A stretch of DNA of 64,000 bases from an uncultured Pseudomonadales bacterium (GCA_964449995.1 CAYVBW010000001.1:1618-65617), one strand, 5' to 3'. Counted from the stretch's first letter, positions 19,779-30,457 are shown. Numbers and translations: made by a program. The notes: generated by a model not told the origin, from the sequence alone.

Positions 19779-20105
19779 TTAAAGACAGCTGTTGTCATGA
19801 AATTCTGAAAAACCTGCGACAACTTGTTGCCCTAAATTTGTTAACTGATAATAGGTTCTCTGTCCTTTTTTCTCATTGAAAACCAAGTTTGCTTGCCGCA
19901 AGTCTGACATGTGATGAGAAATCAAGCTTTGAGATAAACCCAACTCATCCACAATTTCACAAATACAATGTTTTTTATTTTTCAGCAAACACATAATTTT
20001 TAAACGATTTTCTTCTGCCACCAATTTAAACAAAGAAGATAGATAAGATAACCTTGGACAACTACTACTAAAGGCAGAGCAATCATCACATGAACACGTA
20101 TTCAT
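19779..20105 (-). CDS. ArsR/SmtB family transcriptional regulator
   Basis: NRLKIM..HCICEI..LSQSLISHHM..G..TYY; N-terminal Cys cluster. Confidence 0.92.
   Translation of the reverse strand: MNTCSCDDCSAFSSSCPRLSYLSSLFKLVAEENRLKIMCLLKNKKHCICEIVDELGLSQSLISHHMSDLRQANLVFNEKKGQRTYYQLTNLGQQVVAGFSEFHDNSCL
20090..20105. promoter_or_regulatory. ArsR/SmtB-type operator overlapping the arsR start codon
   Basis: ATGAAC-ACGT-ATTCAT, same TGAA-N6-TTCA core as at 19079. Confidence 0.7.
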
Positions 20106-20291
20106 AAATTAATATTTTAGTCTAATTTTAAAAACATGCAAGCAACCTCCTGATAAGATTAATAAAAAAAATTATATTTTTAAACATAGCCATTCTCAAA
20201 GCAACATCAAGATTCAAAGATTACCTCACATAAAACAATGTGTTATCATAAGCTAATAAAAATTTATTATTTAGAATCCTTACAACAATCT

Positions 20292-20846
20292 ATGTCAAGC
20301 GAACAACTCCAAGCCAACCAACAATCAAACAAAACCGACAGTTCTCCAGCCCTGCAGGAATCTGCTAGTAATAAAATAAGTCGCCGAGATTTTTTAAAAA
20401 AAGGAGGAAAATTTTTTGCAGCTCTCGGAGCTGCGGCCACTCTCCCTGGGCTATCAACTGCCTGCAATCCCGAAAGTAAGTCTAGCGATACTGTGGAACC
20501 TCCAGAAACTCAATCTCCACAGCCAGAAAAAACCACTGAATATCCCAAATATCATGAGGAGACACCAAGCCAAAGAGTCCTTATTACCCATCCTGAAAAA
20601 GGCAATCACCTAAGACTGAGTCCCCAAATCGATCCGGGTGGGTTCAATATTGCCACCTCCATCGGTCCTAATCAGGAACTAACAACAACTCACGAACAAG
20701 TAGTGGAGGAGGAAAACGAAATTCAAATTTGGTATAAATTAGAGCGTCAGCACGAAGAGCAAAACATTTATATCTGTGCTGAACAGATTAAGCTTGCCAA
20801 CGGAGAAGAAATAGGCAGACGCACACATGTAAGATATAAAGACTAA
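20292..20846 (+). CDS. Exported protein with twin-arginine-like signal and possible lipobox (start revised)
   Basis: SRRDFLKKG, hydrophobic stretch, LSTAC. Confidence 0.7.
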   Translation: MSSEQLQANQQSNKTDSSPALQESASNKISRRDFLKKGGKFFAALGAAATLPGLSTACNPESKSSDTVEPPETQSPQPEKTTEYPKYHEETPSQRVLITHPEKGNHLRLSPQIDPGGFNIATSIGPNQELTTTHEQVVEEENEIQIWYKLERQHEEQNIYICAEQIKLANGEEIGRRTHVRYKD

Positions 20847-20875
20847 ATTTTAAAGCTCAGCTGGCAACTCAAAAG

Positions 20876-23209
20876 TTACAACCTGGCCCTAAGTTGCATC
20901 TCTGCCTCTACTACCTCTCTGTCTTTACCATATTTTAACCTTGATAATTCTCTGATCATCTCAGCCATCTTTGGATTCATTAAAGCTTCAATTTTATCCA
21001 TATCTTTTTCTAATGAAACGCTAAAGGGTGTCATGGGCTCGTTGTCAACAATGGTCTTCATGTAAATATGATATTTTTCAACATTGGTGAGATCGGTTTC
21101 ACTAAAGATTGGAGCAAACTCGTGCTGTAGGAAGTTGGCATCTGTAACGCCAATTCTAAAAGAAACGATAGTGCCTACGTTCCCAAAAACAGCATTTTTA
21201 ACATCTTCGTCAATCTGTCCAATATACTGGTTGGCTACGATTAGATTAAGTTTATATTTTCTGGCCTCTGACAAAATAACTGCAAAATCTTCTGTAGCGT
21301 AATTTTGAAACTCGTCAACATATAAAAAGAAGTCGTCGCGCTTTTCCATTGGCACATCAGCCCTACTCATGGCAGCTGTGAGAATTTTGGGTACTAAAAT
21401 TAAGCCTAAAAATTTTGCATCTTCTTCTCCTAAAACACCTTTAGATAAATTACATAAGATAATCTTTTTTTCATCCATAGCCTTTCTAAAATCAAACGCA
21501 CTTTGAGTCTGCCCAATAATGTTTCTCATAGTTTTGTTGGTTACAAATCTGCCAAATTTTGACACAATGTAATCCAAAACCTCTGATTTATGAAAATCGC
21601 TGGTTTGGGCAATTTGATCAGTCCAATAACGCCTCACTATCGGATCTTTAATAAAGGGCAAGGTTTCTTTTACAAAATTTTCATCAGTTAAAATCCTAAC
21701 CACCTCAATAAAAGTAGAGTTTTCTCGACTCATAACAGAAAGCATGGCGTTTCGTATAGCATGTTCAAATCTTGGACCAATAATGCCAGTTCTATGTGGA
21801 TCATAAAGTTTGTACATCAAATTAATGATCGAACTCACCATAAAATGCTGTTGTTCTTCGCTGTAAGCCTCCATAATGTTTAAGCCCATCGGTCTTTCTC
21901 TGTCTGAAGGATTAAAATAAATCACATCTTCAGCTCTTTCAGGAGGCATTAACTCCAAAACATCCTCAACAAAATCTCCATGCGGATCAATGGCAGCTAC
22001 TCCTTTTCCCTCCTCGATATCCTGCAAAATCATTTGCTTGAGAAATTCTGATTTACCTGTCCCTGTTTTACCAACAATATACATATGACGCCGACGGTCG
22101 TTCAGTTTCATATGGACCTTTCTCTTTTCACCTCGATAGTGAGACTCTCCAATATATAAACCTTCACTAGGAATTTCATGAGGGGCAGGAGCATTTTTGG
22201 CCATCATCCATTTAATATGATGTGTTTCTACTGTTTTGTTGGGAAAATGAAAAATCGTTGCCAGCTCAGCAGTATTTAAAATACTGGTGCCTTTGTTAAA
22301 TAAAGGCATATATCGATATATGAAATCAATCATAAACAAATGCTTAAAAAAAATTTTAGCCTTTTTAAAAGAATTATAGGGAGAGGCAAACTGAGCAAAC
22401 GCACCCGTGATGTTACTTAAATGAGTATCCGTAGCCTGTTCTGTTGGTGCTGAAACTACCATTCTAATTGAAGTTCTAAAACCAGGTCTTGAGATTTCAT
22501 CACTGATTGCTTCCATTTCTTTGGGATCGTGTTTGTAGGTCGTCTCATCAGGATCTGCCTCCTGCTTTTTTTCCTTACTCATATAAGAACGTCCCTTTTT
22601 CTGCCATTTTTTAGAAGTGGGTTGAATTAAAATTTGTAAAACACCACCCTCTCCAGTGTGCATTTTAGATAAGGCTGAGGTTATTAAAGACAAGCCGTCT
22701 GTGGGCAAATCTTTATAAATTTGGATGGGATAATAGTCTGGACTGGCTGTTTTCATGGCAGCAAAAGCCACCTTTCCATCTTCGCTAAAGATGTTAACCT
22801 CATCTACTTCTTCAATCTTGGCTGAAGGATAAGCGCCATTAATCTGTTTTTCCACTACATCTTGAATTTTTTTAGAACAACTTACATAAAAGCCAATCTC
22901 TTCTTTTAAAGCAGCAATTTCAAATGCAATAATTGGCTGGCGTTTAGTAAAAGAAAACATGCCACCTTTGTGCAATGAGTACAAACCAGCAAACATTTGC
23001 TCTGCAGCATCAATTTTAATCTCATTGTCTTTAGGTAACCTCACCAGCAGAGTCACAAAGCTTAAGGCATAATCCTCTCTTTTGAAATGCTTAAACCACT
23101 GAAAAACCATATAGATAAAAACAACCAAAATACCAATAACAACTATGACAGCAAATATACCCGCAATCACTGACGCCAACTGGCCGAATATTTGATCAAA
23201 ATTATCCAT
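20876..23209 (-). CDS. VirD4/TraD/TrwB-like type IV secretion coupling ATPase
   Basis: N-terminal TM, RRHMYIVGKTGTGKS, IDPHGD, LYVDEFQN, SEARKY, ANQY, GNVGT. Confidence 0.88.
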   Translation of the reverse strand: MDNFDQIFGQLASVIAGIFAVIVVIGILVVFIYMVFQWFKHFKREDYALSFVTLLVRLPKDNEIKIDAAEQMFAGLYSLHKGGMFSFTKRQPIIAFEIAALKEEIGFYVSCSKKIQDVVEKQINGAYPSAKIEEVDEVNIFSEDGKVAFAAMKTASPDYYPIQIYKDLPTDGLSLITSALSKMHTGEGGVLQILIQPTSKKWQKKGRSYMSKEKKQEADPDETTYKHDPKEMEAISDEISRPGFRTSIRMVVSAPTEQATDTHLSNITGAFAQFASPYNSFKKAKIFFKHLFMIDFIYRYMPLFNKGTSILNTAELATIFHFPNKTVETHHIKWMMAKNAPAPHEIPSEGLYIGESHYRGEKRKVHMKLNDRRRHMYIVGKTGTGKSEFLKQMILQDIEEGKGVAAIDPHGDFVEDVLELMPPERAEDVIYFNPSDRERPMGLNIMEAYSEEQQHFMVSSIINLMYKLYDPHRTGIIGPRFEHAIRNAMLSVMSRENSTFIEVVRILTDENFVKETLPFIKDPIVRRYWTDQIAQTSDFHKSEVLDYIVSKFGRFVTNKTMRNIIGQTQSAFDFRKAMDEKKIILCNLSKGVLGEEDAKFLGLILVPKILTAAMSRADVPMEKRDDFFLYVDEFQNYATEDFAVILSEARKYKLNLIVANQYIGQIDEDVKNAVFGNVGTIVSFRIGVTDANFLQHEFAPIFSETDLTNVEKYHIYMKTIVDNEPMTPFSVSLEKDMDKIEALMNPKMAEMIRELSRLKYGKDREVVEAEMQLRARL

Positions 23210-23266
23210 ATATTGTAAATAATTGTACTACATTAAGATTATCACTAAATAAAACAAGTTGGTAAG

Positions 23267-23950
23267 CTATTGTTTAGAAACAGCCGGACGATAAATAACT
23301 TTGCCTTCAAAAATTTTCATAATCTTTTTGCTCCATTCCACTAGCCAGCGAATACTAAATTTGGGACTTTTACGCTTCCCTTTTTTTTCAATTTCCGGAG
23401 TAATGGGCAAGACCACCACCCTTTCTGACACATATTGATCATCGTCTGGCATACTATCAGCAGCCTCAGCAATTACTATTTCTTTAGGAGCCTTTTCTTG
23501 ATCTGTTTTAACTTCCTCAATATATTTTTCAACCTCTATTGGTAACTCAGGGCTTTTTTCTTCTTCAACATACTGAATGGCAACAGCTTGTTCTTGAGAG
23601 GAACTAAGCCCACCTTCAGCAGCTTCCTTGCGACCAGTAGAAACATATCCTATATCTTGATCTTGTGCCTTTTGCTGGTCAAGGGAGTTCGCTTTTACAG
23701 ACTGATCTGCTGACTTATCTTTAGAAATTTGTGGAGGTGTGGCTTGTTTTGCATCAATATCATCCAAAACCTTTTCCAACAAATTCAATTTCTCTAATTC
23801 AGAGACCTGCTCACTTTTAACAATTTCCTGATCTGAAACACGGCCACTAATTCCCGAATGCAGCCAGTTAAAAACTTGTTGAGAAAATTTAGACCCAATA
23901 TTCTGCTGAGAGTCTTGTGATTGAGCAGGCTGATTCATATCCTTTATCAT
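23267..23950 (-). CDS. Hypothetical protein
   Basis: Low-complexity N-terminus, conserved-looking SIRWLVEW C-terminus. Confidence 0.7.
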   Translation of the reverse strand: MIKDMNQPAQSQDSQQNIGSKFSQQVFNWLHSGISGRVSDQEIVKSEQVSELEKLNLLEKVLDDIDAKQATPPQISKDKSADQSVKANSLDQQKAQDQDIGYVSTGRKEAAEGGLSSSQEQAVAIQYVEEEKSPELPIEVEKYIEEVKTDQEKAPKEIVIAEAADSMPDDDQYVSERVVVLPITPEIEKKGKRKSPKFSIRWLVEWSKKIMKIFEGKVIYRPAVSKQ

Positions 23951-23995
23951 ACTAAGAATTTAGTTAAGATAAAAGAGCTTATATCTAGTCGCTAG

Positions 23996-24499
23996 CTAAT
24001 TATTTATAACAATTAGCTCATCACCAACTTCTATGTGGTGTTCATTAACAAACCCAGCCTTTACTTCTAACAGCATATCAACTTTCTCTATAGGCTGATA
24101 AATCGGTAGAGTGTCTAATTCTTGATCTGGCTTTGGTTTAGGAACATCTAAAATCAAATCAACAACCATGTTTCCCCGCAACCAAATCAAATCCAAATTA
24201 AACGTCATATCCTTCATCCAAATTTGATGTTTATCAGGACGATGAAAAACAAACAACATGCCGTCACTGCCAATTTCTTCCCGGTTACTCAGTCCTAAAA
24301 GTTGGCTAGCATAACTATTAACAATCTCAAAACGAAACTGCTTGCCCGACAATGTAGCGTCAATCAAAGATCTGTCCTCAATGGACGTTAAATCAATCTG
24401 CTGTTGAGTGGGTTGTTGTTCTTTTGTCCCAGCAACCCTAAGTAAAATAAAGGTAGCTAATATTAATAAAGGTAAAAGCAATAATAATTTTTTTTTCAT
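23996..24499 (-). CDS. DUF192 family protein
   Basis: GLSNR, GMLFVF, WMKDM, LDLIW, LEVKAG. Confidence 0.9.
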   Translation of the reverse strand: MKKKLLLLLPLLILATFILLRVAGTKEQQPTQQQIDLTSIEDRSLIDATLSGKQFRFEIVNSYASQLLGLSNREEIGSDGMLFVFHRPDKHQIWMKDMTFNLDLIWLRGNMVVDLILDVPKPKPDQELDTLPIYQPIEKVDMLLEVKAGFVNEHHIEVGDELIVINN

Positions 24500-24543
24500 T
24501 TATTTAAATATTGACGTCTATTGAATAAATTCGAAAATTAAGT

Positions 24544-25041
24544 TCAAGCAAAAAAGAAAAGTAAACTTAAAAAAAGAAAGTATGCAAACAAAGATATCAT
24601 CACTGCTCGAACTTGATTTAAATCAAGTTTTTTCTTAACTAAAGACCAAAATCGCTCATTAAATATTTTTTGATTATCTCGATATTGCCACATTTCTAAA
24701 ATTATTCCCAAGAATAAACTCATTACCAATCCAATTCCTAGAGCACTCCCTGTTGAAGTAAGGATAAAAAAAGATAAGGGTATCAAGCTTGCGACAAACA
24801 AAACAGACCTAGTGGCTAGAAAGGGGGTCTTTAATTGATTTTTATCTAATTGATCTGACTGGTTAACTTGACCCTCTTGCAACTGACCTTCGTTGTAATA
24901 TTGATAAAAGACAAGCTCATCTAAAATCAACAAAGCCATGCCGACCAATCCACCTACAACAAACAGTAAATATAAAGTTAGCTGAGTAACAAAAAAGAAA
25001 GGTAAAAAATAAACTACAAAAGCAATAATTTTATATTTCAT
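24544..25041 (-). CDS. Hypothetical membrane protein
   Basis: Multiple TM helices. Confidence 0.75.
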   Translation of the reverse strand: MKYKIIAFVVYFLPFFFVTQLTLYLLFVVGGLVGMALLILDELVFYQYYNEGQLQEGQVNQSDQLDKNQLKTPFLATRSVLFVASLIPLSFFILTSTGSALGIGLVMSLFLGIILEMWQYRDNQKIFNERFWSLVKKKLDLNQVRAVMISLFAYFLFLSLLFFFA

Positions 25042-25091
25042 AATTTTTTAAAAATGATTTTTTAACTTATTAATTGAATTTTAATACAACC

Positions 25092-26450
25092 TTAATATCT
25101 TAGGGACAAAATTTTCATCACGCTTTGATCAACTTGTTGTGCAAAACTGGCATCCTTTTCATACACTTGCACAAGATCTTGCCTGATGGTTTGAAATTCT
25201 TCAAACTCAACATCCCTCCCATAAAGCAAAACATCATTTCCTGCCAACAGGGCTAAATATGAAATCCTAGACAAACCCCCAAAACTTATATCAACCAAAT
25301 TAGTCTCCTCAAATTCAGTTGAGTCATCAACTCTTAAACTAGCGGCTTGAGTGCCTACTAAATCAAATCCTGGAAGTTGATCAGCCTCATTTATCTCAGG
25401 CCAATAATCAATTTTCTCAAAACTTGCTAAAGCTCTCATATCTAGAGCATCACTAAAAACTAATAAATCTGGATAAGACTGTGAAAAAGAGAGAATGCAA
25501 TCTTGACTTAATGAACAAGGAAGATTTTGAAGTCTGTTTTCAAGCTGAACATGAGAGGTCATCACTCCGATGTTTGGATATAGGTCAAAAATTTCGGCAA
25601 AAATTTCAATTTCTTCTTTTGGAAAATCAATTACATCTGAAGAAAAGTGCAAGTCTTTTGTTAAGCTACCCAACCCTGGGAAGTGCTTAACAACTGGAAT
25701 TATTTGGTGATTACCAAAAACCTCGATATATTTTTTTGCTGCTGAGAAAGTTTTAGCGCCATCAGCACAACTTCTAGATCCCAAAACCGAACTGTCAACG
25801 TCCAAAACTGGAGCCAGCACAATATTTATACCTAACTGTCGTAGCTCAGTTGCAGAACTTATCAATTCATCTAGCTGCTCAACCTCCCTCTTTTCACACA
25901 TCTCTCTCCAAGGAGAAAGTAAGGTAAATCCTTCCCCAGAAAAACGCTGAGCTCCTCGCCCTTCGTGATCTACCAAGTATAAAGGGTGAAAAAAAGATTC
26001 CTCAAATATTTGATTAATCCGATCAATTTCTTGCTGAGCTAAATCAAGAGGTATGTCTGATCCAAAAAAAAGTATAAAACCAGGTTGAAAATTTTTCAAA
26101 GCAGTTTGTTGAGCCGATAAACCATTGGCTGACGAGTGACTGATTGTTGTTTCTTCAAGATTATTATCTTGACTGTCAGACTCCGGTTGAAACGCATCTT
26201 CGCTTTCCTGACCAATAATATACGGATACGACATTAGTAAACCAATCTTTTGATCACTAGAAAGTTGATCAAAAATATCAGCCAAAGGATCTACTGCATC
26301 TGTTGCAAATTTCTCATCATTGGTTGCCAGCTGCTGTGGTTGATGAAATCTATTATAAAAAGGAGTAGCAAAATAATTATACCCCAGCAATACTGCCAAA
26401 ATCGCTAAAAAAATTATAAAAACAGTCGTTGAATGAATTTTCATACACAA
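25092..26450 (-). CDS. Glycoside hydrolase family 3 (NagZ-like), membrane anchored
   Basis: VDHEG, LAPVLD, KHFPG..DLH, MTSH, SDALDM, AGNDVLL. Confidence 0.85.
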   Translation of the reverse strand: MCMKIHSTTVFIIFLAILAVLLGYNYFATPFYNRFHQPQQLATNDEKFATDAVDPLADIFDQLSSDQKIGLLMSYPYIIGQESEDAFQPESDSQDNNLEETTISHSSANGLSAQQTALKNFQPGFILFFGSDIPLDLAQQEIDRINQIFEESFFHPLYLVDHEGRGAQRFSGEGFTLLSPWREMCEKREVEQLDELISSATELRQLGINIVLAPVLDVDSSVLGSRSCADGAKTFSAAKKYIEVFGNHQIIPVVKHFPGLGSLTKDLHFSSDVIDFPKEEIEIFAEIFDLYPNIGVMTSHVQLENRLQNLPCSLSQDCILSFSQSYPDLLVFSDALDMRALASFEKIDYWPEINEADQLPGFDLVGTQAASLRVDDSTEFEETNLVDISFGGLSRISYLALLAGNDVLLYGRDVEFEEFQTIRQDLVQVYEKDASFAQQVDQSVMKILSLRY

Positions 26451-26468
26451 TTTAATTTTAAAAATACC

Positions 26469-26789
26469 CTACTTGTTCCCACTGCCTTTTTCTGCCTTTT
26501 CTTTTTTGAGCTGATTAAACTTCCACATAAAAAGTGCGCCTTTGTTTTTAGCCCGAACATCACTGACAAAACTTAAAGCTCTCTCCAACAAAACCCTTTC
26601 TTCCTGTTTGGCCAACTTCATATAAAGACTTTTATGTTCTAAATCGTCTAGTTCTACAGCCAAACGATAACCAAAATCTTGAAATTCTTGAGAAATATAG
26701 CCCTTATTTTCTTTAGCCTCAAAGCCATCAAATAGTGTTCCTAGATCTTGAAAACCTTTGTCTTGAGATTTTTTTTTGCTTGAATTCAT
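26469..26789 (-). CDS. Hypothetical protein (start revised)
   Basis: EFQDFGYRLA..LYMKLAK..LFMWK conserved-looking core. Confidence 0.7.
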   Translation of the reverse strand: MNSSKKKSQDKGFQDLGTLFDGFEAKENKGYISQEFQDFGYRLAVELDDLEHKSLYMKLAKQEERVLLERALSFVSDVRAKNKGALFMWKFNQLKKEKAEKGSGNK

Positions 26790-26814
26790 ATATTGCCAAC
26801 AACTCCTTAACGAC

Positions 26815-28041
26815 TTATTTATCAAACTTTTCCTTAGCCAGCAAGCTTAATAAAACTCCAACTGAACCAAGAGCAAATAAACCGATCCAATCAACTTTAA
26901 CCAGCAAAAAGAAAATCAACATAAAAAACCAAAATAGAACAGCTGCAATTGAACGGTTAACTTCATTATAAACAAAATAAGAAAAATCTTGACTACCTCT
27001 CCCTCTAGAAAAAATAATTTTATCATGAATTAACCAATAAAAGTTGCCTAGCATGCGATTGCTGGTATCAACCACAATCACTTCCCAAGCCCCAGTAACC
27101 AACACCCTCAACATTGTTATCACTGACAAAATCGCTCCCGAGATAGCAAATGGAGTTCTGTGTTTTGCTTTCTTGTCTAGGAAATCTCCAGTAAAAATAT
27201 TAACAATCATAGCCAAAAAGAGAGAAACAGTGTATATATAGCCCACTCTAACAATGTCCGTAATTATTAAAAAAACATAAAGTGGCCATAAAACAAAACT
27301 GACATCATAAAAATATCGCCCAATTTGAGAAAAAACCAATCTTTTAAAAGATTTCTCTTTCATCCAGCGTAAATATTCTTGCAAATTAACTTCATCTCTT
27401 TCAGGAGCTAGGTCAAGTTTAATTAAGCCCATAATCGAAACGACTATTAATAAAATACTGATATAAAATAAATAATTAAAGCCAAAAAAATTAATAATTA
27501 AAGCCCCTAATGCTGGAGCTAACATCGCTATAAAATTACCTAAAAATCTAAAGCCTGCCAAACTTTTACCCATTTCTTTTTCCAGAGAAAACCGGCAAAC
27601 CAAAGTATGGTAGGATTGCCAAAAAAAGCCTGTTTCTATACCCGCCAATATAGTTGCTAAAAGCAAAAACCAAGGATTTTTTTCAATATAAGTAAGGGTT
27701 AGCAGCCAAAATGCTTTAAAGACTGTTCCCAAAAGCATAGATTGATCATGGCCAATTTTTAGAGTGAGTTTAGCTTGGGTAAAATTTACCACTGCTCCAA
27801 ATAGTCTTTGGAATAAATAATAAAAACTAATCACTAACATGCCCTTTTGCAGGTTAGTAAAATCGGGACCAAAAAATTCCATTGTTTGGGCAGACTGATA
27901 AAAAAATAGAGGCAAGTAAAAAGTCCCAAGACGACCCGCTGCATCTCTGAAGATCAAACTAAATGCTAACCACCTTCGATTACGACGCCTGGCTGTAATA
28001 TTATGCTTAATTCTTTTGATAATTTTTGAAATTATAGACAT
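26815..28041 (-). CDS. MFS transporter
   Basis: About 12 TM helices in 408 aa, APALGA motif. Confidence 0.85.
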   Translation of the reverse strand: MSIISKIIKRIKHNITARRRNRRWLAFSLIFRDAAGRLGTFYLPLFFYQSAQTMEFFGPDFTNLQKGMLVISFYYLFQRLFGAVVNFTQAKLTLKIGHDQSMLLGTVFKAFWLLTLTYIEKNPWFLLLATILAGIETGFFWQSYHTLVCRFSLEKEMGKSLAGFRFLGNFIAMLAPALGALIINFFGFNYLFYISILLIVVSIMGLIKLDLAPERDEVNLQEYLRWMKEKSFKRLVFSQIGRYFYDVSFVLWPLYVFLIITDIVRVGYIYTVSLFLAMIVNIFTGDFLDKKAKHRTPFAISGAILSVITMLRVLVTGAWEVIVVDTSNRMLGNFYWLIHDKIIFSRGRGSQDFSYFVYNEVNRSIAAVLFWFFMLIFFLLVKVDWIGLFALGSVGVLLSLLAKEKFDK

Positions 28042-28060
28042 AATAAACCAATAAATATAG

Positions 28061-28618
28061 TTAACTCACAAACCCCAGTTGTTGAATAACTTGAGAAAAG
28101 TTTGCTGTTAATTTTTTAATCTGATCTTTGGACATTTTTTGCAAAACATAATTTTCCGGAGGAATTCTTCTGTCTTTTCCTCTATCATCTATACCAAAAC
28201 GAATATGCCAAAAATCCTGTGAACCCAAAGCTTGGTAAGTTGACAATAAACCATTGTGTTGCTTTGGACCCACCCCTTTTTGAATTTTAAACTCGCCAAT
28301 CTTTAAATCTAAATCATCATGCGCTACAAAAACCTGATTTAAATTAGATTGAGCTGAGCTATTAACATCAAAATAAGAAAAATAAGATAAAGTTTTGACA
28401 ACTGCTTCACCTGAAGCATTCATATATGTCTGAGGTTTTACCAAATAGAATTCTTGATTTGAGGTTATTGCAGATAAAATTTTTTTATTATATGAAAAAG
28501 AAGACAGGCCTAATTTTTTTTGTAAATAATCTAAAAATAAAAACCCCGCGTTATGGCGCGTATCCTGATAGTCTGCTCCGTAATTACCCAGACCAAAAAC
28601 GAATTTCTTTGTCATCAT
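28061..28618 (-). CDS. pth: Peptidyl-tRNA hydrolase
   Basis: GLGN, TRHNAG, KPQTYMNASG, HDDLD, HNGL. Confidence 0.96.
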   Translation of the reverse strand: MMTKKFVFGLGNYGADYQDTRHNAGFLFLDYLQKKLGLSSFSYNKKILSAITSNQEFYLVKPQTYMNASGEAVVKTLSYFSYFDVNSSAQSNLNQVFVAHDDLDLKIGEFKIQKGVGPKQHNGLLSTYQALGSQDFWHIRFGIDDRGKDRRIPPENYVLQKMSKDQIKKLTANFSQVIQQLGFVS

Positions 28619-28652
28619 AAATTTATTTTAACTCGAATTGTTGCAAAATAAT

Positions 28653-30440
28653 CTAGCCAATTTTTATGCTTTCTAACTCTTTTACCGATGTGGCCTGTTC
28701 CCAATTTTTATCATCTCTAAACTTAACTAGTCTTGGGAAACGCAAAGCCCTGCCTGCACTATGTAGTGGAGAAACTGTTAACTCATCTGCAGCAATCTCT
28801 ACCACAATTTTAGGAGACACCCAGACATCTGGCTGCAAATCTTTAGGAACATCATACTGCAGAGGTTTTTTTGAAACTTGATATTTATCAGCCTCTTTTT
28901 TAATATACTTAAACTCTTCGTCTGTTAAACCAGTGCCAATTTTAGCAATAGTCTTTAGTTTTTTTTGAGAGGATAACACACCAACTAAAAAAGCCCCAAT
29001 CCCAAATTGACTGCGCTTGCCTTTACCGCGATAGTAACCCATCACCACACAATCCAGGGTATCGCTGAGCTTACCCAATGTCCCCTCACTCTCTTTAATC
29101 TTTACCCAACGCCAACCTTTACGACCAGAACGATACTTAGAATCAATTCTTTTTATAACAGCCCCCTCTAACCCCTTTTCAAGTTGTTGTTCATGATATT
29201 GTTGAATTTCGCCAGGATCTTGAGTTTCAACTACCTCTGTAAGCTTAATTATTCCATTAATCTCAACCACGTTTTGCAAAATTTTTTTTCGATTATTTAA
29301 AGGCTCATCTATTAGTGGCTCATTATTCAAATAAAGAATATCAAACACATAAAACATTAAAGGCACCTTTTCTGACTGACTAACAACTTGATGCTTACGT
29401 TTTCTAGTAATAGTTTCCTGAAAAGTTAGCAGTTTTTTAGATTTAGGATCATAGGCAATTGCCTCAGCATCTAAAATACAATTTTGAGCCTGGATTTGGT
29501 CAATCTCTTCTAAAATCTCAGGAAACATATGGGTAACATTGTCTAAATTTCGAGTAAAAATTTGAACAGGTTTTTCCTTATCAGCTTTATTAATGTGAAT
29601 TTGGACCCTAAGCCCATCATATTTTGGCTCTATTATCACTCTGCCCATTTTTTCTACTATTTCATGCGCAGTATTAAGGCGTTGACACAAAGCGGGCATG
29701 ACAGGAATTCCCAGCGCAACTTGATAATTATCAAAAAAATCTTTAACCTCTGTTTTTGAGCTACGTTGTAAATATTCCTGAGCCAGCTGTCCAATATCAG
29801 CTCTTTTCTGATAAGCCGCTTCAATCTTCTTGCTGTCGCTTTTATTCTGATGCCTAACCCAGGACAAAGCATCAATTATGGTCATTGTTGAAAAGCCCAA
29901 GCGCAGCTTACCCACAATTATTCTGACCACAAATTTAATTGAAGCTGGCTGTAAATTTAACAGCAATTCATAGGTCTTGTTAATTTTTCTATCCTGGGAA
30001 CCTTCTCCTTCCTCATCTGCTATGTCTACCAAAATTTTGTGAACTTCTAAAATGAGCAAGTCTTTACCTAACAATTGAGTATTTTCTAGCAATTGTTCTA
30101 TAGCTAATCCCAAATCTCCTAAATCCTTATTAGCTTTTTTTATTTTTTCCAAATAAAGAGAGTCGTCTTGTTCTTTAAACAAATTAATACTAGGTAAAGA
30201 ATCATCTTGATCCAAGTGATTAAGTAGTTTGGCCAACGCCCTCATGGTTAACTTCTCACTCATATTAAACTCTAAAGATTGATAGCTTGGCACTAACTTC
30301 CCCTGCATTAAGTAACAAACTACAGGAATTTCCTCAGTTTTGAGTTCCTGAAAAAGTTGTGCCAACTGCGCAGTCATTTCCAAACGGGAAGCGGTGACTT
30401 CTAGCTTTTCCAAGTATTGAGCGAAGGTTAAAAATTTCAT
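28653..30440 (-). CDS. lig: ATP-dependent DNA ligase with N-terminal DNA-binding domain
   Basis: EPKYDGLRVQIH, LDAE, FDILY, EGAVIK, WVKIK, LRFPR. Confidence 0.95.
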   Translation of the reverse strand: MKFLTFAQYLEKLEVTASRLEMTAQLAQLFQELKTEEIPVVCYLMQGKLVPSYQSLEFNMSEKLTMRALAKLLNHLDQDDSLPSINLFKEQDDSLYLEKIKKANKDLGDLGLAIEQLLENTQLLGKDLLILEVHKILVDIADEEGEGSQDRKINKTYELLLNLQPASIKFVVRIIVGKLRLGFSTMTIIDALSWVRHQNKSDSKKIEAAYQKRADIGQLAQEYLQRSSKTEVKDFFDNYQVALGIPVMPALCQRLNTAHEIVEKMGRVIIEPKYDGLRVQIHINKADKEKPVQIFTRNLDNVTHMFPEILEEIDQIQAQNCILDAEAIAYDPKSKKLLTFQETITRKRKHQVVSQSEKVPLMFYVFDILYLNNEPLIDEPLNNRKKILQNVVEINGIIKLTEVVETQDPGEIQQYHEQQLEKGLEGAVIKRIDSKYRSGRKGWRWVKIKESEGTLGKLSDTLDCVVMGYYRGKGKRSQFGIGAFLVGVLSSQKKLKTIAKIGTGLTDEEFKYIKKEADKYQVSKKPLQYDVPKDLQPDVWVSPKIVVEIAADELTVSPLHSAGRALRFPRLVKFRDDKNWEQATSVKELESIKIG

Positions 30441-30457
30441 AAATAATGTGTTAAATA

